Positions 14,194-28,228 of a stretch of DNA of 64,000 nt are shown piece after piece. A model generated the notes under the pieces. It made no database searches. It had not been told where the DNA came from and worked only from the letters and a program-made list of their open reading frames with translations. Positions within the stretch are counted from its first letter, which is position 1. Every line of letters begins with the position of its first letter. A program made the position numbers and the translations under genes. Origin of the DNA: Laetmonice hystrix (taxonomy: Eukaryota); the NCBI GenBank assembly GCA_965235115.1, contig OZ249436.1:17796001-17860000 (forward strand), read 5' to 3'.

Positions 14194-14539
14194 GACTGAG
14201 ATTATAGTGAGGCCCCCCCCGTCCAGCAGCGGCCGCGTCCGTCCCTCGTCTGTAGCCCACTCACGTCCACTTCCACTGGTCGCTCTCAATGTTAGGATAT
14301 TCCCACAAATCCCTCTACCGGAAACCGGCGTGTCGCCATAATAACCACGGCGTGTGCCGACATGCTGCTCGGCCTGCTCGGTCTAATAGCTGACCACGTG
14401 GACGGTGGTCAGCCAGGACCTACCCGCCCTCTATCGGCCTTTCTCTTGGCAATCACCTCCGCCCTCACAACCCTCAGGCCCTTTCCTTGCTTTCGGTGGC
14501 TATAGACGCCGAGCTCGCTAGGAATGCCGGTCATGTTCC

Positions 14540-14650
14540 TGTGGAAATTCTGTGTTTCCGGTTGCCTCAGTTCTCGCGCTCTCGTCCTCTCGCGAGACCA
14601 GCTGCCGTCGTCCTCCTAAACAGGTTTCCTCGACGCATGCGTACGCGGCA
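14540..14650. promoter_or_regulatory. Promoter/enhancer-like motif cluster (ETS TTCCGG, TCTCGCGAGA, NRF1-like ACGCATGCGT)
   Basis: TCTCGCGAGA palindrome at 14588-14597, TTTCCGG ~14555 and ACGCATGCGT ~14633 in CpG-rich sequence. Function is inferred. Confidence 0.35.
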
Positions 14651-16115
14651 CTCAGCGAAGATTAGATTGAAGACAGATCACAACTGAAGCAGACTCAACA
14701 ACGATAATACGATGGAGATATCATTTTCGTATTCATGATTCTTCCCACCTCCTGAAATATCATTTAAACGGTTATTATTTTCACTGGTTAAACAAAAACA
14801 GATAAAAATGGTAACATTTTGTCGCCAGGAAGTTTCTTAAGAGGGGGGGGGGGTAATAATTCCAATAAATTTAAGATACTGAACAGAACCGTTCATTGAA
14901 ACTGAAGTTCAAATTTTATACTAAGTCTTAATTTAACATCTTACCCAAAAAAATCACGTATCACGACTAATTTGGAAGTCTACTCAATAAATAAATTTAC
15001 TCTAAATATTATTTACACTTCTGTTCAGTCGTCATATAATATGGGAGTGCCTATAGTGAAAGAAAGTTCTGAAGTAGACTTTTAAAATGTTGACTGAACT
15101 TGATTGGTCTGAGAAACAGCTGGCTGCACCTATCGGGACGCAGATGGTCAAAGTGGACTCAAGCTGACTTGTAACATGAACTCGAACTCGAATTGACGTA
15201 AAGTTGAATGGATCTAGAAAAAGATGTTGGATCGAATGATGTCCTACAACAACCCTACTGTAAATCGTTTTGGTCTGTCCCGACTGGTTAAACCAGATTT
15301 CATTATGTTCTTAGATTTTTATGCAAGTGTGTTTATGCGTATATTTTGACTTATACCCTTTCCTCGTGAACTGGCCTCTGCTACATCTCTACATTATATT
15401 TCGTGCCTGGTGCCTCGTGTATAGTTCTACCTGCTCTGAACGTTGAGACATGCGAGCTTCACAAAGCCACGCGTACTTTAAAATCTACTCCCGAACTGAT
15501 ACGGACATAATAATGTGATATTTGAAGAAAATGCCATTTGGCATATATACCATATACATTATACTCTATTCAAAAACCGAATTGCATGCTTTGCTGGTTT
15601 CAGGGAAGTGCGTGACTCGAGTCGTCAATGTGGAGCTCATAAACCCCCGGTAGGTGGCGCTGTGCGACAGTCGTCTACATTTAACCTTTATTGTATATTT
15701 CCACCCTCTACCGCCTGGTTTATAGACCGACTCATGCCAATCTAACTGAGGATAAAAACGGGGACGTTAGGCCAATCACGATACCGGTTAGCGGGCCTTG
15801 AAACGGCTTCTTAGGGTCGAGAGATTTATACACATCAAGTGGTGCTCGACTGGATAAACATGATTGGGTGAAATCTTGTCAGAGTGCATTGTGTCTCCAC
15901 ATCTCGTTTGGTTGAAATTCATGTTTAACAAGTTTGTGAAGCTTACAATCCACAGCAAGACCTATTCCGTCTTGAATATTATTATATGGTATACGATTGT
16001 CGCGATGTATTCGAAGGTGTCTCAAGGTTGAGGAAATAATTTCAAATGAAACTACATACTGTATATGACTTTCTATCCATCACAAAGAGTATTTATTGGG
16101 TAATATCTCTGAAGG

Positions 16116-16410
16116 TACAAGCTACTGAACAGATGCTCTACCCCAATTTTGACCTTTGAAGGCCAGGCAGAAGAATACGTCCCACTACGTCATCGTCAAT
16201 TTTCAAGATATAACCATACAGCTATATAGATCTGTAGTCTAGATGACGTCATATGACCATTTTACGTCATGCATCCAAGATGGTTGCCAATCGGCCATTT
16301 TAAATGATATTCCTGATCGCTGTCTATACGGACGGGCGTACAGATCTATGCGGACGTACGGACGGAGAACGAACTAGAAACCCACGCCCCTTCGGGTTGG
16401 GGGCTAATAA
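16116..16410 (+). mobile_element. Non-autonomous pearl/HINE-like (Helentron-associated) element remnant
   Basis: ACAAG-type start, degenerate (ACGG)n tract ~16328-16370, then a 3' stem-loop GCCCC-TTCGGGTTG-GGGGC and TAATAA. This matches the architecture known for bivalve pearl and DINE-like elements. Confidence 0.45.
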
Positions 16411-19400
16411 AACTTACACTGTCCTTTATAATGCCCCCTCACACCGACTGACACCGGATAATGTCACCCTATAATGCCCCCCCCCCCGTGATATCCCGCT
16501 ATTCGCGCCACCATGTGTAGGCATGTCGTCCTGCCATCCATACAGCTAAGTCAGAGGATGCTATATAAACAGTATATTGATATTCTGGCAGCAGTTTACC
16601 TGCGTCCCTTTGATGTGTAATGATGAAGGTGTTAGGCGCGTTCCAATAGCTCTCCTAACACACACCTGGTCCAACAGGTGACTGAGCGTTCCTCTGACAC
16701 CGTGAAACACGAGCAGCACGTGACGGCAGCGGTCGTTCCATCCACAGTGAAGTGTTGTTGACTGAAGCTCCGCTGGCGCCCATGTTTTAGTCAAATGCCG
16801 GTAACGGAGTTCGTCAAACAACCGCTGCCTCCTGTGTTAGCCTTGAAACATGATCCGATGGTTGCCGAGTTGTCGACCGGTTAGTGCCGGGGTTTTGTAC
16901 GTTCGTCTCTCAGTAAACACGAGACCGATACCCCCCCCCCCCAGCCCCTGTACCCGTACCCGTACCCCCAACCCCCGCCGACCAGATGAACTCCGAGTGG
17001 CGCCTTATCAGGTACAAGTAGGCCTATTCAATCGTTCAGGGACCAGTTTCACTGCAAAGTTTTCAATAATAATTTCATTAGCGACTCCATTCGTATTAGA
17101 TGGATTAGATTAGATCGTATTAGTAAATTAGAGAGTAAATTACCCCTGCCCGGTTAGCCATTAAAATTCATTTCTTGCCGTTTAAAAAAAGTTTATCTCT
17201 ATGAAACGAGAACCACTGAGGCCTCCTGTGCGGCTATAGTCTAGGTCGACGGCAGACACCAGCGCCATCTCGACGAGCCGGTGATATAGGCCTAGGCCGA
17301 CATCTCCGGGAAGTGACACGGATCCACTGCAGGGCTGTAGACCTGGACGATGAGTTCAGAAAAAATACCTTAAATCGGTGAGTTAAAGGCTACATGTCAC
17401 GTGAATAGCACTGCTTATTGTGATCTGGTAGAGAGGCAGGCCGACTTCCTAATCAATGACTATACAGGCCTACTATAGGAGTCTACAGTTTCACACACTC
17501 ACGAGACATAGACCTATAATAACAGACCCATTGGCTCATTCGAGGGTTATATGCGGTAACACAAACTGGGGTAGATTCAGCGACTCTCGTATTAAAGGGT
17601 TTATGTCACCCTGGATGAGCGTTCCGGGAAGCCAGTTCGACCTGGTTTCACGCTTACCTCGTCAAAATCTATGCCCCTTCTGTCCCGAGGATATCCTAGG
17701 TTTAATATACGTACCGGTATGTATTGTAAACAGACAGCAGAGAAATGCACTGTCACCTTCACATTCCACATTTCTTGTCGGGAACACTCAAAAAACAACG
17801 CTGCCTTCCCCCTCGGCCATTGCAACGGGTGAGATGATCACGTGATTGCGGCTATAGCCTCGCGTTCTGTGAAAAGGGCGTAAAGTTGCCCGGCTAAAAC
17901 TGTATGTGTAGGTGGGCTGCAGGTCTAGGAAAAGACGCGCCTCATTCCAAATTTTCTTCTTTTTTTAAATATTGCTATGGAACATAATTACCAGACTATA
18001 TATACAATCAGTATTTTCGCCAACTTGTAAAATGTATATGAAATAATTGACATAAACCCTTTAAATAGACCTACATCGCGTTTCAATCTGTGGCAATCGG
18101 TTCATTCACAAGTTGGAGTAGGCCTAGATCTATCTAGTTTTACGGGCTTCTCTCGCAACCATTGGAACTTGGCGTTACATTGACGTCAGTGGTCGTCGAT
18201 GTTTGTTTGCTACGATCTCACGGACGCTAACATCGATATACTGAGGGGTGTAACGTTCACCCTCACTCACCGGTCCCCACCTGGCTAGACAGACTCGGGT
18301 TTACCCTATGCGCGGACTGGGTGGGGGTTGTTTACGTGCTCAGCCCCCCCCCCCCCCACCACCACCACCACCAGCGGGCACCGGAGGCGATGTGTGCGCA
18401 CGCGCGGCAGTGACGCCTGCGGCCGCCAGAGGTCGCCACTAGCAGTCGGTGATGAAAGGCTGTCAACATGTTATCGTCTGGGGTCTGGCTTCATTGGCCG
18501 CGCGGCGACGTAGACCGCGCCAGTGGGGGTGGGAGAGTCGGTATGGAGGGGGGGGGGGTACGGAGGGGGTACGGGGGGTTCGGGGGGTGCGAGGGGTACG
18601 GGAGGGGTGGATGTAAACCGACACGATTACCCGGCGCGCCATGGTATCCCCAATAGAACACGTGCTATTTCTGAGTGTGGTCGATCAGCTACCTCCCGGG
18701 ACCTTGTCTCTATGTTTGGGCATCCCTTACCTTCACCGCCGGGGCTTGAGGCGAGGATCGGCCGGGAGGTCTGCCCGCCCTGCCCGCCGGCCGCCTATAC
18801 TCGCATGCCAGGCGGCTCGCCCGTCGAGTTACCACCAATATCAGTAACCTCTATAACCCGCTCGGACAGGTCTCAGCGGGTTCCACATTCTCCAGTACAC
18901 GGGCTCCAGGTAAACAAGCCACGCGTCAGAACTCCTGACCGCCCCACCCCCACCCCGTCCTGACCCTGGCAGTCTGAGAACGAGTTGACAAGATTCCCAC
19001 CTTCATACTGATCCATACTCTGCCAGCATCCCCACGTCCACCCTACATGCCTAAACCATCTGTGCCCCCCCCCCCCCCCCCGCCAAACACCCTCCCCTCT
19101 CCCACCAGGTTGGATTAGATTAAAACTACCCCAGTCCATCCCGCCCCGGGGGATCGGGGTGTGGCCACGACTGGACGCCCAGAATAGACCCTAGTCGAAT
19201 CAAGAAGAAGATTATGACCTATAGAACTCAATCGACACGTGGAGAATCCCTATACGCATTATCAAAAAATGATCTTATTTTCTTCCCCAATCCACCTGCC
19301 CTCCGTATACTAACCTCGAATTAAAAATCCACGTTTTTCGTGCCCCCTCCCGACAATCAATCGTGCCGGTCGTCAGGTAGTGTTTGTCGACGTCCTCGCC

Positions 19401-19816
19401 AACCGAGGCGCCCTCTATGAGCAGACCCCGGCAGGTCAGGGCTGACTGCGTATAGACTCCCGTTATGACGTATGACGGGAGCAGACGACGGTAACAGATA
19501 CATTTGCTACAGATAGCATCTGTAGACAAATAGGTAGGTTCTGTGCCGGCCGGAGAGTATGAATTAATAAGAAGGGGCCGAGGCGGCCGGCTGCTGTGGC
19601 CGATGATCAGCAAACTCGCCACTACCCGGATACAATTTACCCGCTTCCCCCACCTTCCTGTCCGTGGTCACAAATTTGCTTATTTATATTCAGAGTATAT
19701 GCCAACGGATGGATACACGCAGCCCGCGTCTGTAAAACCGTCCTCGCCACCAGACAGATGGTTGTATGTACGTCCCCAATCTCGTAACTTGCTTCAAGTA
19801 GACTACGCGTATAGTA

Positions 19817-19990
19817 GTAACGTTATCGGCTACAGCGGTAACGTTACCGGCTACAGCGGTAACGTTACCGGCTACAGCGGTAACGTTACCGGCTACAGCG
19901 GTAACGTTACCGGCTACAGCGGTAGCGTTACCGGCTACAGCGGTAACGTTACCGGCTACAGCGGTAACGTTACCGGCTACAGCGTTACCG
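19817..19990. repeat. 21-bp minisatellite, ~8 copies, built on palindrome GGTAACGTTACC
   Basis: Unit GTAACGTTACCGGCTACAGCG; gives the GYSGNVT ORF repeat. Confidence 0.97.
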
Positions 19991-20084
19991 ACTGGAGCTT
20001 AATTTGTTGTGGAGCGGGCCCGTCTGAAATTGATACTTAACGGGGACATGAGTCTGCCGGAGTAGCGGCAGCGTATATCTGATG

Positions 20085-20455
20085 TAGCTAACTGGTATCT
20101 ACTTGATGTATCTACCTGGTGTATATATCTACTTTGTATATTAATCTGGTAAATTAACTGGTGTGTCTGCATATCTACTTGGTATATCTACCTGGTATAA
20201 CTGGCGTATCTACCTGGTACATTGATCTGGTATATCTACATGTCTACCTGGTATATCTACCTGGCATATCTACCTGACAAATCTACCTGGTATATCTACC
20301 TGGGCCCAGTTCAAGTCTAAGCAGACCATCCAATAGAAGCGTTAAGCTTAAGCTTAAGCTTGATTATATCTACCTGGTACATTGATCTGGTACATCTACC
20401 TGACATATATCTATCTGACATATCTACCAGGTATATCTACTTGAGATATCCACCT
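20085..20455. repeat. Degenerate TATCTACCTGG short-unit repeat, interrupted at ~20302-20361
   Basis: Motif recurs more than 12 times; insert runs GGGCCCAGTT...TTAAGCTTAAGCTTAAGCTT. Confidence 0.8.
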
Positions 20456-21227
20456 TCCAAGGTTGAATACGATACCAGTATGTGGAGCACATTAATATTA
20501 GCCTACAGGTATTCCTGGGGAACCATATGGACTCCTTGGCAATGATTCCTGGAAAACCTGTGAATTTACCGGTAAATGATCATAAGGACTATAAACACAG
20601 AATGCTGGTTGTTGAGTGGTGTAGGAGGAAGATGTCCGGATCGAGGGAGGCCGGGCCGGGGGGGGGGGGGGGCTTCCCGGCCCGGAGTGGGGGAGGCCGG
20701 GCCGTGGGGGTGGGGTGGGAAGGCCGGCCGGGGGCAGGGCGGCTGTAACAGTATCCCCCGAGGTCAGGTTACTGTCCAGTGTCCCGCGTCTCTCCAGGAA
20801 TGTAGACGCGTCCATCCCCAGGGATGAGTACCTAGGTCTATAACGGGACGATCATGGGACGCACGCGCCGACCGACGCTCGGACAGGGGTCTCGCAACCT
20901 AATCCCTGCGCGTCCTGCACGTGCTGTTCCTGGCCTCTGAGATACATTATACGGCCTGGCCCGGGACGGGCAGAGACGGAGGGGGCGGGCAGGCCGGCCG
21001 GCCAGCCACTGGCTACAGTCTGAATATAGCATGTCTCTACGGATAGACAGACACCTCTGCCGGGAAGTCAGAGCACAAAATGTACCGCAAACTGCGAAAA
21101 GGTACCATAATTATAGTCGAATAAATACGGGAGAGGTCATGGCAGTCGTAGTAGTCATAATTATACAGCAGTCATATATCGCAAACAGAGCAGTCATAAG
21201 TCCTAAATCAATACAGGACAGGGGCGT

Positions 21228-22690
21228 TTCCCAGACCTGGGTAACCTCCCACCTGGTCTGTTCCCCAGACCTGGATAAACTTCCACCTAGTCTGTTCCCT
21301 ATAGACCTGGATAACTTCCCAACAGGTCTGTTCCCCAGACCTGGGTAACCTCCCACCTGGTCTGTTCCCCAGACCTGGATAAACTTCCACCTAGTCTGTT
21401 CCCTATAGACCTGGATAACTTCCCAACAGGTCTGTTCCCCAGACCTGGGTAACCTCCCACCTGGTCTGTTCCCCAGACCTGGATAACCTTCCACCTGGTC
21501 TGTTCCCCAGACCTGGATAAACTCCCACCTGGTCTGTTTCCCAGACCTGAATAACCTCCCACCTGGTCTGTTCCCCTGACCTGGATAAACTCCCACCTGG
21601 TCTGTTCCCCAGACCTGGATAAACTTCCACCTAGTCTGTTCTCTATAGACCTGGATAACCTCCCAACTGGTCTGTTCCCCAGACCTGGATAACCTCCCAC
21701 CTGGTCTGTTCCCCTGACCTGGATAACCTCCCACCTGGTCTGTTCCCTAGACCTGGATAACCTCCCACCTGGTCTGTTCCCCAGACCTGGATAACCTTCC
21801 ACCTGGTCTGTTCCCCAGACCTGGATAACCTCCCACCTGGTCTGTTTCCCAGACCTGGATAAACTCCCACCTGGTCTGTTCCCCAGACCTGGATAAACTT
21901 CCACCTGGTCTGTTCCCCAGACCTGGATAAACTTCCACCTGGTCTGTTCCCCAGACCTGGATAAACTTCCACCTGGTCTGTTCCCTAGACCTGGATAACC
22001 TCCCACCTGGTCTGTTCCCCAGACCTGGATAAACTTCCACCTGGTCTGTTCCCTAGACCTGGATAACCTCCCACCTGGTCTGTTCCCCAGACCTGGATAA
22101 ACTTCCACCTGGTCTGTTCCCCAGACCTGGATAAACTTCCACCTGGTCTGTTCCCCTGACCTGGATAACCTTCCACCTGGTCTGTTCCCCAGACCTGGAT
22201 AACCTTCCACCTGGTCTGTTCCCCAGACCTGGATAACCTTCCACCTGGTCTGTTCCCCAGACCTGGATAACCTTCCACCTGGTCTGTTCCCCAGACCTGG
22301 ATAACCTCCCACCTGGTCTGTTCCCCAGACCTGGATAACCTCCCACCTGGTCTGTTCCCCAGACCTGGATAAACTCCCACCTGGTCTGTTCCCCAGACCT
22401 GGATAAACTTCCACCTGGTCTGTTCCCTATAGACCTGGATAACCTCCCAACTGGTCTGTTCCCCAGACCTGGATAACCTCCCACCTGGTCTGATCCCCTG
22501 ACCTGGATAAACTTCCACCTGGTCTGTTCCCCAGACCTGGATAAACTTCCACCTGGTCTGTTCCCCTGACCTGGATAAACTCCCACCTGGTCTGTTCCCC
22601 TGACCTGGATAAACTCCCACCTGGTCTGTTCCCCTGACCTGGATAACCTTCCACCTGGTCTGTTCCCCTGACCTGGATAACCTTCCATCT
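21228..22690. repeat. 34-bp minisatellite, ~43 copies
   Basis: Unit TTCCCCAGACCTGGATAACCTCCCACCTGGTCTG; source of all ORFs at 21.1-22.7 kb. Confidence 0.98.
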
Positions 22691-22857
22691 GCAATCCTTT
22701 TTCTTTTATAATTCTTTTTTAAAGCATATTTTTGTTTGGTTTTAGATACAACATTAGGACAAACGGACTAATAAAGCAGGCTCAGAATTCCGACGAATAC
22801 GCTATATTTCCGTCAGGTGCAGACTCGATCAGCTATCAAACTTGACGAGAGAGTTGG

Positions 22858-23239
22858 ACTGTTATGGAAGGCGATGCTCGGACGGTCCCTCGACTGTTAT
22901 GGAAGGCGATGCTCACACGGCCCCTCGACTGTTATGGAAGGCGATGCTCGGACGGTCCCTCGACTGTTATGGAAGGCGATGCTCGGACGGTCCCTCGACT
23001 GTTATGGAAGGCGATGTTCGGACGGTCCCTCGACTGTTATGGAAGGCGATGCTCGGACGGTCCCTCGACTGTTATGGAAGGCGATGCTCACACGGCCCCT
23101 CGACTGTTATGGAAGGCGATGCTCGGACGGTCCCTCGACTGTTATGGAAGGCGATGCTCGGACGGTCCCTCGACTGTTATGGAAGGCGATGTTCGGACGG
23201 TCCCTCGACTGTTATGGAAGGCGATGCTCACACGGTCCC
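22858..23239. repeat. 35-bp minisatellite, 11 copies
   Basis: Unit GACTGTTATGGAAGGCGATGCTCGGACGGTCCCTC. Confidence 0.98.
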
Positions 23240-23644
23240 ATCATTTCTTGCATGCTACTAAACGCGGCATGTTTGTAGCGGAAAATTGATTTCCTTCCAA
23301 ATCTCCGCCGTTCCGTTTTCTCCTTTTTGAATATTTTTGGATCTCACCTTGTCCCAGTGGACTCCGCAACATGACGTGATGCTATCGCGGCACCACGCCG
23401 CGGGGGGTGGGGGTGGGGATGGGGTGGGGGAGCGGCAATAAGACGGTCACCTCGCCGCACTGATTAACTTTTGAGACGCACCCCGAGGCAGGCGTGATCC
23501 CCCGACCCCCGGCTTCAATGAGTCTCACTCGTACATCTAATTTAGAGTTCGCTGTGCGCCAGAATTCATCCAATATTTCCTGGCCACACTCGGAATCTAC
23601 TCAGTGGAGTAGGGAGTGCTTAGGGTGCTTGTTTCTGGAGGTGG

Positions 23645-24125
23645 TTCCAATGGGGTAGTCATCTCATGCCATTTACGTTTTAATATCACATCCATTGAGG
23701 CGGCAATCTCATACCGGTCACACTTTAATATCACATCCAATGGTTTAGCAGTCTCATAACAGTCACACTTTAATATCGCATCTAGTTGAGTAGCAATCTC
23801 ATACCGGTCACACTTTAATATCACATCCATTGAAGCAACAATCTCATAACTGTCACACTTTAATATATACACGTAATATCACATCCAATGGTTTAGCAAT
23901 CTCATAACGGTCACACTTTAATATTACATCCAATGGTTTAGTAATCTCATAACGGTCACACTTTAATATCACATCCAATGGTTTAGTAATCTCATAACGG
24001 TCTCAATTTAATATCACATCCATTGAGGCAGCAATCTTAACAGATCACACTGTAGTATCACATCGAATGGTTTAGTAATCCCATACCGGTCACACTTTAA
24101 TGTCACAGCCGATGGGGCAGTAACG
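23645..24125. repeat. 45-bp diverged minisatellite, ~10 copies
   Basis: Unit TTTAATATCACATCCAATGGTTTAGCAATCTCATAACGGTCACAC. Confidence 0.93.
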
Positions 24126-25786
24126 TCAAAGTTATAACCCGATCATAAACAGTGTATAGATAATAGATACACACACCCATGCCTGTAAAAAAACCTCATC
24201 ATTTAACGATAGGCCTACCATTCGTGCAGTCTTCGTCAAATAGTTTAGCAAATTGTATTTTCCGAATCAATTTATATGTAGGTCCTAGCAGAACATGGTT
24301 AATGAACTAGAAGAAGTGTGTTTGACATTGAAATTATAACAACCTATAACATTTCCACGTCATAGTCGGTTAATCCCGCAGACGATGTCGATGACTGTCA
24401 AATGGAGGTTGACTCGTCCCACGTGACCTTCGTATGATATGATGTTAACCTCACCTCCCCAGGTGGCGCGGTGATCGTTTTTTACGAGTACAGGCACGGG
24501 CGTGCGCGTGTTGTACTCCGGGCCACGTCACGCATGCGTACTGCAGGCGGCGGGGAGTGGTGGCCTCTGGTCACGTGACGTCAGGCATCAAGTGGGCCGG
24601 AATGTTGAATTATATACCAGTCTGGTCTGGTTAAAATAATGTGACTCAATCATATAGGGCGATAATGGGGACGTTTTAGAATGTCTCCAATCAGATATAG
24701 TTATAGCAACCCAGTGGTATTGAACCCTGGCCTACGATTAGCATGTATGTACACCCGTTAGTAGGAATGGTTAGTTGATTGGGGTGTTAGGTAGTTTGGT
24801 AGGCAAGTGAATGTATTGGTCGTGGCGTGTTTCCAGTTTATCAAAGACCCAGAATAAATGAGTCCGCAGCAATCTCAGGATTGCTAAGTGACTCATTGAT
24901 TGAGTGCCGTAACAGAGAACTCGGTGATTGCACCCTTACCTGTTAGAACCACTTAATCCATTTCTCTCACAAACTTGTAATAAAAGTTTAAAACATTAAG
25001 ATCCAATACTGAAGTAGATTTCCTGAACCTGTTTGGGTAAAGTAGTTCATTTTAACCAAGCATTGATTTCTTACAGTTTCGTAGATAGCACGTAGTTTAT
25101 TTCCAGACAAGTCTGTAGTAAAGGGCGCAAGCATCTCACCAAGTAACTTTTACAGTGAACGGTGTCTGGCCTGCATCCTAAGTCAGTTAGTGTTTCCGAA
25201 ACACGTTGTAAGTCAGTTTAGTGATAGACCATTCGATTGCGCTCGGAGCGTTCCCCAAATTACTATGACATTAGCGAGATCTTCTCGACATCTTACCGGC
25301 ACTTCCGGCAGCGTTCCGCACACAGCGCCCTCTGCCGGACCGGAACTCAGGTTTGATGCACACGCACCTGTCCACCGCGACAAGTTCTCACACAAAAGGG
25401 CAATTACATTTAAAAAAGAGGGGAACTTCCACTTCCGTGCGCTGAGGCTAGGTTCACCGTTCCAGACGTTTTTTTTTCTCCCTCTGACCGACCAGATGGT
25501 TGAGGGAACGCCTGTTGTTGACAGCCAACACTTTACCTTCACTTGTACCACATCTAACCCATTGTAAGTATGGCGACGGCTACTCGTCCTCAGACATATT
25601 GCGGCGTACACTTGGAGACCATTAAGGTAGTTGAAGGCCCGTCATTACCAAGACAGCCTGTCACTGACCTCCACCGACCATTCTGTCGGCCGACTGCGGC
25701 TGTCGGTCGGTGGTAAAGGATGGTTTCCGTGCCAGGCCATCAGAGGATAAGAAAGGTTTCAGACACACAACAAATACCTCGCTCAC

Positions 25787-25922
25787 CTGGTGTGAAGGAC
25801 AGCGACAGGCATGGCCATGTCGGAGGACGGTCTTCACGTCCTTAGATCGGTCAAGTTAACGGGAAGAGATCTGATGCTGGAGTCCTCCAGACACGTTCAC
25901 CGTCTTGGCAGGCATTGATTCC
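25787..25922 (-). other. Candidate spliced exon (136 nt, largely non-coding / 5'UTR-like)
   Basis: Minus strand reads polypyrimidine TTTTTTCTTCCCTTTATCATGTTTTAATCAG| ... CACCAG|GTGAGC. There are stops in all three frames before a late ATG (MAMPVAVLHT...). Confidence 0.3.
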
Positions 25923-26299
25923 CTGATTAAAACATGATAAAGGGAAGAAAAAACCCCAACTGGTTTTGTACTTTGGGCAGAAAAGGACATTTTTAATTCC
26001 CAAACAACGAAGAGCTCCCTGTCTGAATAAGGAGGGTATTTGGTAGATCGGTCATGAGGTAGGCTAGCTCGAAATGACGAATTTTGTCATCAATCAACAA
26101 ACTAGGCGTGGTAACCTGTTACAAATCTAGGAGCATTCATACTGACAGAAGTTTCCCCTGAATTCCAAATCCCGATGAGTTCTTGCTCTTGTATCCAACA
26201 ACTTATTTCATTTCACGATAACGAAAGTACATCTTGCTGATGTATGTCCTGGCTTTTGTGCGTGTGATTTGAGGAGAATATCAGGCATACTGATAAACG

Positions 26300-26400
26300 T
26301 GCGGACCGTCCGGCCGGGGCCGCGGGGAATGTCGAGTATTTGGGCAGCACAGCCGGCTGCGCATGCGCACAGGGCGGCCGCCAGATGGCCTCTGGGTCGA
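26300..26400. promoter_or_regulatory. CpG-rich element with NRF1-like TGCGCATGCGCA and CTCF-like CCGCCAGATGGCC
   Basis: TGCGCATGCGCA at 26358-26369; CCGCCAGATGGCCTC at 26378-26392. Confidence 0.35.
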
Positions 26401-28003
26401 CACGCAATCGTCGACAGCCAGGCGTGCATAAGCACCGTGAGCGATGAGTAAAAAAAAACTCGACTGGACTGAGCACATACGGCCGGCATTGTGTCGGACT
26501 GGCCAACCCTGCACTGAGGGGGGTTGGGGGTGGGGGTGGATGGGGTGGGGGCCGCTGCCCCCCGGCAGGTGTGAGTGTGAAATGATGTGATTCGGAGAAT
26601 GGCACGCCTTGTGAAAATCATCTGGAAATCAGTTGTCATGAGCTGTTTAAAGTATGTGTATTCATGTAGATTGTACATTTTCATAATATGTAGAGCGCGC
26701 ACGTGCATGCATGTCACATTACATGTGTTTCATTACTCAGTTATTTGGACGCCGCCTGATATTGGGCCCGGTTTCAGAAAATTTAATATCAAGTTAAGCC
26801 CTGCTTAGGGCCTCTCATTGGCTGGTTGAAGCTGAGCAGCAGAGGACCAGCCAACCAGAGGTTTAAGTTGAGATAACTTAAGAACAAATTTCAGAAAGAG
26901 AACAGTCACAGAAAAGTTCGGCAGTTAGCAAGAATAACTTTTTTTTATCCTTTTTTTGCGAGTTCCTGTAATAGGCCTACGGTCATCGTTACCATGACAA
27001 CCCCTTGGTGCTTCCGACAGATGTCCCAGATCACGTCCAAAGTCTCGTCACGTGTCATATCACGTGATAGCGCTGGCGTGCGTGGTCCGGACTGAGGCAG
27101 TGCTATACGGAAGCTTACGGAAGCTGATGGCCTCAGTCATGATACGCCAGGCACAGGGATTGGCCTTTTAACACGCAATGTGTGTGTTGGATTAACCCTA
27201 TTACATTATCACTGATCTACGTATACGACATTTCCTATAGCTTGGCTTGCGGGATTAGTTCATTCCCCCTAGCCCCCCTCCCTCCCCTCCCCACCGGCCG
27301 TCTCTTGGGGGCAGGTTTCCGTGAACTGACCACACCGGCCGTCTCTCGGGGACAGGTTTCCGTGAACTGACCACACCAGCAGGATATTCCTTAACCCGGA
27401 CTTCTGCAGGAGAGGCAGACAAGAGGTCGTTGCCGGACTCGCCCGGTAAATACTAAACTGATACTAATACTAAATTAATACCAATACTTGTACTAATACC
27501 AAAGCTTGCACTCATACAGATACCAATACATGTACCAATACTATAATTAATATTAAAACCAATGTTTAGAGATGCTCCCAGCCTAACCATGCAGGCCCTC
27601 ACCCCTCCTCCTACCCCCCCCCCTCCCGGCCGTTTGTAGAGACCGCCGGAGGTCGGCCATCAATCTGCTTCACACAACAGTGTGCGAGAATCTCGCGAGG
27701 ACCAGTTAACAAGCGCGAGATGTGAGTCAGTTGTTGTGTTCGCGGAGACATAACAAGCTTACACCATTTGTACGGGGCACACAACAGAGCTCTAAACCAA
27801 CCGAGCTCTCCCTCTATATCCCCTCCTCCCATACACCCTGCCCCTAACCTCAGACTCTGACTGAGTCACGCGTTCTCGGTAACACTCTCAACATGGCTGT
27901 CTTTTGGCGAAACCGAGGCTGTGCTCGGGGTCACGTGACACGGGATGTCTGTATCCAGTCCGTAAAGGAGCGATTTAGTGTTGGAGGTTCCTGACTAATA
28001 ATC

Positions 28004-28228
28004 GAAGGAAAAAAGGAGAAGAGATAGGGGAAGGAGAAGGAGGAAAAGGAGTTCAGGAAAACCAGATGAAGAGGAAGAAGAATAAGGAGAAGAAGAAAGG
28101 AGCAGGTGAACAAGAAGAAGAAGAAGCAGAAGAAGAAGCAGAAGAAGCAGAAGAAGAAGCAGAAGAAGAAGCAGAAGGAGAAGAAGAAGAAGAAGCAAAT
28201 AACAACAACAACAACAACAACAACAACC
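28004..28228. repeat. Purine-rich (GAA)/(GAAGCA) microsatellite followed by (AAC)n
   Basis: Direct inspection. Confidence 0.95.

Noticed and set aside
21111..22694. Long ORFs up to 371 aa on the minus strand
   Set aside because: They are translations of a 34-bp tandem unit, open in several frames at once, with no domain or unique sequence.
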